DNA from: an uncultured delta proteobacterium
GTDB lineage: Bacteria > Desulfobacterota > Binatia > UBA9968
Direction: 5' to 3'
Length of the DNA: 64,000 nucleotides
NCBI GenBank assembly: GCA_963840855.1
Contig: CAWJBB010000041.1
Span: forward strand, 224,001 to 288,000
This document shows positions 59,006 through 64,000 of this stretch, in pieces. Below the pieces are notes generated by a model that was given only the letters and a program-made list of their open reading frames with translations, searched no databases and had not been told where the DNA came from. Each line of letters begins with the position of its first letter. The first letter of the stretch is position 1. The position numbers and the translations under genes were made by a program.

Positions 59006-60442
59006 ATGTCTTCCCTCGCCATGCTCATCGATTTCGGCAGCACTTATACGAAAGTTGTCGCGGTAGATCTCGCTTCCGCCGAAGTTGTCGGCCGGAGCCA
59101 GTCGGCGTCAACCGTTCAAACCGACGTGCGTGAAGGATTGCTCGACGCGCTGACGCAACTGCACGCGCGTCACGGCTTATTCGACTCACAACCCAAGGAT
59201 CTCGCCGCTCTCGATGGCACGCTGGTGCTTGCTTCGAGCAGCGCCGCGGGCGGACTGCGCATGGCGGTGATCGGTTTGGTTCCCGGCCTGACGGTGGAGG
59301 CCGCGAACCAGGCGGCGCTGGGCGCCGGGGCTAAACTGATCGGCTCATGGTCGTTCAAGCTTCGTGACCAAGCGGTCGTTGAGATCGAAGCGCAGCGCCC
59401 CGACATGATCCTGCTCACGGGTGGAACCGATGGCGGCGACTCGGAAACGATCCTGCACAATGCAAGGCTGTTGGCCGGCTCCTCCCTCGCGGTACCCATT
59501 GTCGTAGCGGGTAACCAAGCCGTCGCCGGGGAAGTTGGCGCGATCCTCGGGCGGGGCGGAAAAGAAGTCCGCGCCGCCGCCAACGTTATGCCTCGTTCGG
59601 GTAAACTGGCGGTTGAGACCGCGCGCGAAGAAATCCGCAAATTGTTCATGGAGCGCATCACGCAGGCGAAAGGCATGGACCGATTGGGCGCTCTAGTTCC
59701 TGTGATTTTGCCGACGCCGATGGCGGTTCTCGAAGGCGCGCAGCTCGGCGCGCAGGGGACGGATGGAGATAATGGCTGGGGAGATCTGCTCCTGGTCGAT
59801 GTGGGCGGCGCGACCACAGATGTTCATTCAATCGGCTACGGACAGGCGACGGGACCGCAGGTGGCAGAAAAGGGATTACCCGAGCCCTTCGCCAAACGCA
59901 CCGTCGAAGGCGACTTAGGTATCCGCTTCAACGCAGGGACGCTGGTGGAGCGCGTCGGCATCGAGTGCTTTGAAGGTGAATTCCGCGAAGCGTTTCCCCA
60001 ATTCGACATCTCCCGCGCGCAAATCGCGCAGTACGTCGACGACATCAGCCGGGAAACTTCCAGAGTTCCTCAATCGGAGTGGCACGCCGCGGTGGACGCG
60101 CAACTGGCGCGCATCGCCGTGGATATCGGCGTGGAGCGCCATGTCGGCAAAAAGGAAAGAATCGTCACCCACGAAGGGGAAGCATGGATGTACTACGGCA
60201 AGGACTTAACCGAGACTCGGACAGTGATCGGCACGGGCGGCGTGTTTATTTACAATCCCCACGCCGGCCACATTCTTTCGGCGGGCAGTGTGGGCAATGG
60301 CCGTTATGAAATTCTCAGGCCGAAACAACCCGAGCTCTTCGTCGATGGGTCCTATCTGCTTTACGCCGTCGGCTTACTGTCGCGCGGCCACGCCGACGTG
60401 GCGCTGCGGCTGTTCAAACATTTCATAACGCCGCTGCAGTGA
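59006..60442 (+). CDS. glmL: Glutamate/methylaspartate mutase accessory protein GlmL (MutL-type)
   Basis: IDFGSTYTK, SSAAGGL, GGTDGG, PTP.AV, DVGGATTDVHS, KRTVEGDLG. Confidence 0.88.
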   Translation: MSSLAMLIDFGSTYTKVVAVDLASAEVVGRSQSASTVQTDVREGLLDALTQLHARHGLFDSQPKDLAALDGTLVLASSSAAGGLRMAVIGLVPGLTVEAANQAALGAGAKLIGSWSFKLRDQAVVEIEAQRPDMILLTGGTDGGDSETILHNARLLAGSSLAVPIVVAGNQAVAGEVGAILGRGGKEVRAAANVMPRSGKLAVETAREEIRKLFMERITQAKGMDRLGALVPVILPTPMAVLEGAQLGAQGTDGDNGWGDLLLVDVGGATTDVHSIGYGQATGPQVAEKGLPEPFAKRTVEGDLGIRFNAGTLVERVGIECFEGEFREAFPQFDISRAQIAQYVDDISRETSRVPQSEWHAAVDAQLARIAVDIGVERHVGKKERIVTHEGEAWMYYGKDLTETRTVIGTGGVFIYNPHAGHILSAGSVGNGRYEILRPKQPELFVDGSYLLYAVGLLSRGHADVALRLFKHFITPLQ

Positions 60443-60456
60443 GAAACGGCGCCGTG

Positions 60457-61530
60457 CTACAAGGCAAAAAGCGCCTTCGGATTGTGATAGGTGATCTTGT
60501 CGTATTGGCTTTCGCTAATCGTGCCTTGTCTCTTGAGAATACGCAGCGCTTCGACTTCGGTGGACTGGTCGTTGTGTCCGTAGTCCGTGCCGATCGTAAT
60601 ATTGTCCTCGCCGGAATATTTGAGAATATAATCCACGTCATCGTCGGTCTGGCAGCTGACGAACTGGCGGTACTCTTTTAGCGGGTACTCCGGTATTGCC
60701 TTGCCAATGGCGCCCCAGCGGCGCTGCAAATCCTTTACCACATAGGGTATCCACTGCGCGGCGGCCTCGGCCCAGTGGAAGCGGAGCTTGGGAAATAACT
60801 GCGGTACCTCGCTCATCATTACGGAATGACACGCGCCGATGACCGGGATGCGAAATTTCCAGAAGCTGCCGCCGCCGTTGTACTGCGAGACCAGATCGAG
60901 CACTTGCGGATTGCCGTTGCCGACGTGCACTCCGACGGCCATATCGAGGCGGCTTATCTCTTCGTACAGTGGATAGAAATAGGGATGGGTGATCATGCGG
61001 TTACCTTCGATGCCCCGCATGAATACGCCGCAGGCGCCATGCTGGCGGCAAAAGCGCAGTTCCTCCAGCGACGCGCTCATGTCGAGCAGCGGCAGGACGC
61101 AGATCCATCGCAGCCGCCCTTGGCCCTGCCTGTGAATATCGGCGAGCCAGCGGTTGTAACCCCTGCAGATGGCGATTTCCCACTCGGCCTTGTCGGCGAT
61201 TTGCTCGATGAATATGGTCGGATAGAGCACCTGGATGTCGATGCCGAGTTGATCCATATGGCGCAGGCGGGCCGGCACGTTTTCCATTTCGCGGGTTTCC
61301 CGGGGCGTACCCATGTCGCGGCCCGTACGCTCGGCTACGTCCGCTATCTCCTTGGCCGTCAAGATGATCCGCACTAGCCCGCGTATCTTGCCGTCGATGT
61401 ACCAGTATTCGCCGCCGCTCTCGCCGCGCGGGCGCACGATGAGCGGGCGATACTTTTGATCGGCGGAGTCCATGAAGTCCCAAGTATGCTCGGACTCCAC
61501 GACGTGGGCGTCGGAATCGATGGTCGGCAT
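60457..61530 (-). CDS. Amidohydrolase_2 family protein
   Basis: IDSDAH, GIDIQVLYPT, VHVG, GTDYGH.D. Confidence 0.92.
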   Translation of the reverse strand: MPTIDSDAHVVESEHTWDFMDSADQKYRPLIVRPRGESGGEYWYIDGKIRGLVRIILTAKEIADVAERTGRDMGTPRETREMENVPARLRHMDQLGIDIQVLYPTIFIEQIADKAEWEIAICRGYNRWLADIHRQGQGRLRWICVLPLLDMSASLEELRFCRQHGACGVFMRGIEGNRMITHPYFYPLYEEISRLDMAVGVHVGNGNPQVLDLVSQYNGGGSFWKFRIPVIGACHSVMMSEVPQLFPKLRFHWAEAAAQWIPYVVKDLQRRWGAIGKAIPEYPLKEYRQFVSCQTDDDVDYILKYSGEDNITIGTDYGHNDQSTEVEALRILKRQGTISESQYDKITYHNPKALFAL

Positions 61531-61600
61531 GGCTGTTATCTCCGCGGCTCGGTCTCAAATCGGCGGTCCAGGCTTGGTCCGCGAGACCCTCGTGCTGTGC

Positions 61601-61855
61601 TTATTCTTTGCCCTTGAGCAGGTGATCGTTGTCTTTGAGAAAAGCCTTCATCTCGTCGGCGATGTCGAAGAGCCGGCGCCATTGCTCCTTATAAAGCGTC
61701 ACGGGAAACCTGCCGAGGCCGTAGACGGACAGCGCGCCTTTTTCGCTGACCTTGAGGCGCAGTTGGCCGGGTTTTCGTTGATCCATCTGCTCCCGCAAGA
61801 CTTTGTTTTCCGCCTCGAGACGGGCAAGTTTTTCTTCGGCTGATTCTTCCGCCAT
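61601..61855 (-). CDS. Small conserved hypothetical protein
   Basis: GGAG RBS; LKVSEKGALSVYGLGRFPVTLYKEQW. Confidence 0.8.
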   Translation of the reverse strand: MAEESAEEKLARLEAENKVLREQMDQRKPGQLRLKVSEKGALSVYGLGRFPVTLYKEQWRRLFDIADEMKAFLKDNDHLLKGKE

Positions 61856-62138
61856 AACGACTCCATTCAAATCATTTATTTCCCCGCGCGCCGCTGAACT
61901 CGGCGCAGCGCGCGTGAATGGCCCTATCCTTAGCACAAGCGCCGTCCTAAGTCAGGCTGATTTTCGTGGCCCGTGTTCGTCCGAGCAAAAGCGCGAGGAA
62001 TGATGACGATTTCCGCGACGCCGTCGAGCGCACCCTTCCACCTTGCTCAGGGCAGGCCAGGTGCGTCTTTTTTATGGCCCGCGAACAGCCGATTGGGCAT
62101 TGACACCAACCACGCGTCGATGATAACCGCGAAGGAGA

Positions 62139-63011
62139 ATGGCTGAGCCCAACGAAGTCCTTTACGACAAACAGCGGAGCGGCGTGCTCATCACGCTCAA
62201 CCGGCCGGAGGCGATGAATGCCGCCACCCGGCCGATGATCAGGAAATTGTCGTCGGCGCTCGATGACGCCGTCGCCGATCCAGAGGTGCGCGCCATCGTG
62301 CTTACCGGTGCCGGCCGCGCTTTCTGCACCGGCATGGATCAAGGCGGTGGGCCGGGGCGGCGCCGGGAGATCGACTGGCCTTACGGCGTTCGCTCGGGTA
62401 TGACGGCCTCGGAATTTATCGACGAGTTCCGCGGTCATCACAGTTTCTTCATGAGAATGTTTGAGTGCGAAAAACCCATCATCGGCGCGATCAATGGATG
62501 GGCCATGGGAGTGGGTTCATGGATGGCGTTATTTACCCACATCACCATCGCCTCGGAGCAGGCAGTTATCGCGCAGCCCGAAGTGCGGCATGGCTCGAAC
62601 ACGGGATTCATCTGGAGCTTGCTGGCGGGTTTCAAGGACGGGCTCCGTTATTCCCTGACCGGCGATCACATCGATGCCCAGGAGGCCTTGCGCATCGGTC
62701 TTGTCTCTAAAGTGGTGCCGCAGGATCGGTTGCTGGAAGAATGTTTCAAGATCGTCGAGCGCATCGCGCTGGTGCCGCCGGAGACCGTCAAGCTCAATCT
62801 TGCGACCGCGATCATGGGTATGCAGATGATGGGTTTTCGTGACGCATGGACTCTGGACGGCCAGCTTTCGGCCGGGGCGCACACGATGCTGCGCGAGGAA
62901 TTGCGCCGCCCGCTGGAAGAAACGCGCAAGAATCACGGCACGAAAGCGTATCTGCAGATGCGCGACGGGCCGTTTCAGCCGGAGCCGTTCGGGCCAAGAG
63001 CGAAAAAATAA
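62139..63011 (+). CDS. Enoyl-CoA hydratase/isomerase family protein
   Basis: LNRPEAMNA, FCTGMD, KPIIGAING, QPEVRHG. Confidence 0.92.
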   Translation: MAEPNEVLYDKQRSGVLITLNRPEAMNAATRPMIRKLSSALDDAVADPEVRAIVLTGAGRAFCTGMDQGGGPGRRREIDWPYGVRSGMTASEFIDEFRGHHSFFMRMFECEKPIIGAINGWAMGVGSWMALFTHITIASEQAVIAQPEVRHGSNTGFIWSLLAGFKDGLRYSLTGDHIDAQEALRIGLVSKVVPQDRLLEECFKIVERIALVPPETVKLNLATAIMGMQMMGFRDAWTLDGQLSAGAHTMLREELRRPLEETRKNHGTKAYLQMRDGPFQPEPFGPRAKK

Positions 63012-63141
63012 AGATGTTCCAAATGTTCAAGTCGTTCCAAACGTTCCAATCGTTGGATACAAAGAATTGATCCACATGATGTCGCTCTTCGGGACGACTC
63101 GAACGGCCGCTTTCGAGTAAGCAATAGATTGGAAAGTTAAC

Positions 63142-64000
63142 ATGGAGAGATACCAAACCATTCTATATGATAAACAAAGTAAGGGCGTTCTGATCACGCT
63201 TAACCGGCCGCGGGTGCTCAATGCCATGAACAAGCAGCTCAAAGAAGAACTGCGGGCGGCCTTGGCTGCGGCGGAAGTTGACGAGGATATTCGCGCGGTA
63301 GTTATCGCGGGCGCGGGCGATGCGTTTTCCGTCGGCGATGATTTGGCCGAAGCGGGCGACCGGCCGATGGCATGGCCATATAGCATCCCGGAAGGAAATT
63401 CTTTAGGCCGTGAATACGACCGGCTGCGGGATGCGGCGCGCCAAGAAATGTTGGATCGCCAAATTGAGCGTTGGGAATTTCCCAAACCCATCATCGCTGC
63501 GGTGAGCGGATGGTGTCTTGGCGCCGCTTCGGCTTTGGCCTTGACCTGTCACCTTACCGTCGCAGCCGATGATGCGGTTTTCGGTCAACCTCAGGTGCGC
63601 CACGGCGACGGCAGCGATTTTATTTGGACGGTGCTGGCGAAGTTCAAAAACGCGCTGCGCTACGGTCTCACCGGAGACCCGCTCGATGCCAATGAAGCGT
63701 TGCGTCTACGCCTGGTAAATAAAGTCGTTCCTAAGGAAAGGCTCTTGGGCGAATGTTTTCGTCTGGTTGAGCGCATCGCGCTGGTGCCCCCGGAAACCGT
63801 TAAGATCAACCTGCAAAAGGCGACACTCGGCTGGGAAATGATGGGCTTGGCGAAAGCCTGGTCGTTAAACGCCGAGCTGGCGGCGATGGCGCGGGTGGCG
63901 AAACGCGAGGAGTTTGCTCGCCCATTGGAAGAAGCCAAGAGCCGGGGCGGCATTCGCGCGTTTATCGAGACCCGCGATGCGCCGTTTCAGCCTGAACCCT
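63142..64000 (+). CDS. Enoyl-CoA hydratase/isomerase paralog (partial, runs off the window)
   Basis: MERYQTILYDKQ..LNRPRVLNA, KPIIAAV.G, ERIALVPPETVK; closely similar to the upstream gene. Confidence 0.9.
   Translation, partial: MERYQTILYDKQSKGVLITLNRPRVLNAMNKQLKEELRAALAAAEVDEDIRAVVIAGAGDAFSVGDDLAEAGDRPMAWPYSIPEGNSLGREYDRLRDAARQEMLDRQIERWEFPKPIIAAVSGWCLGAASALALTCHLTVAADDAVFGQPQVRHGDGSDFIWTVLAKFKNALRYGLTGDPLDANEALRLRLVNKVVPKERLLGECFRLVERIALVPPETVKINLQKATLGWEMMGLAKAWSLNAELAAMARVAKREEFARPLEEAKSRGGIRAFIETRDAPFQPEP

Overview
Bacterial chromosomal window of moderately high GC. The many orphan TTT/ABC solute-binding proteins, class III CoA-transferases, crotonases and short periodic intergenic repeats suggest Candidatus Binatia; this is inference only. 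(1) 1-5177 is the right end of an element integrated in tRNA-Ser(GGA). It carries a lone HK97-type capsid gene, a duplicated cos-like motif and a secreted HNH polymorphic toxin/immunity pair, so it looks like a phage satellite. (2) The core block SRP RNA-dnaX-ybaB-recR follows. (3) 17.3-35.2 kb is a phosphate/polyphosphate supercluster: pit, DUF47, a PhoR fused to an intact arsenate-reductase (ArsC) domain, phoB, phoU, pstBACS, a tandem pair of thymidylate-kinase-fold proteins, CHAD, sixA, a Cys-less ArsC-like protein, ppx and a PhoX-like gene. It has 11-bp-period Pho-box arrays but no ppk1/ppk2. (4) Selenoneine-type senA-senB lies between a GH84 O-GlcNAcase and an AmpG-like permease. (5) The rest is catabolic, sensory and binding-protein genes. 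At least ten genes are split by single-base indels, most simply explained as long-read assembly errors. All calls come from reading motifs by eye; no database searches were run.
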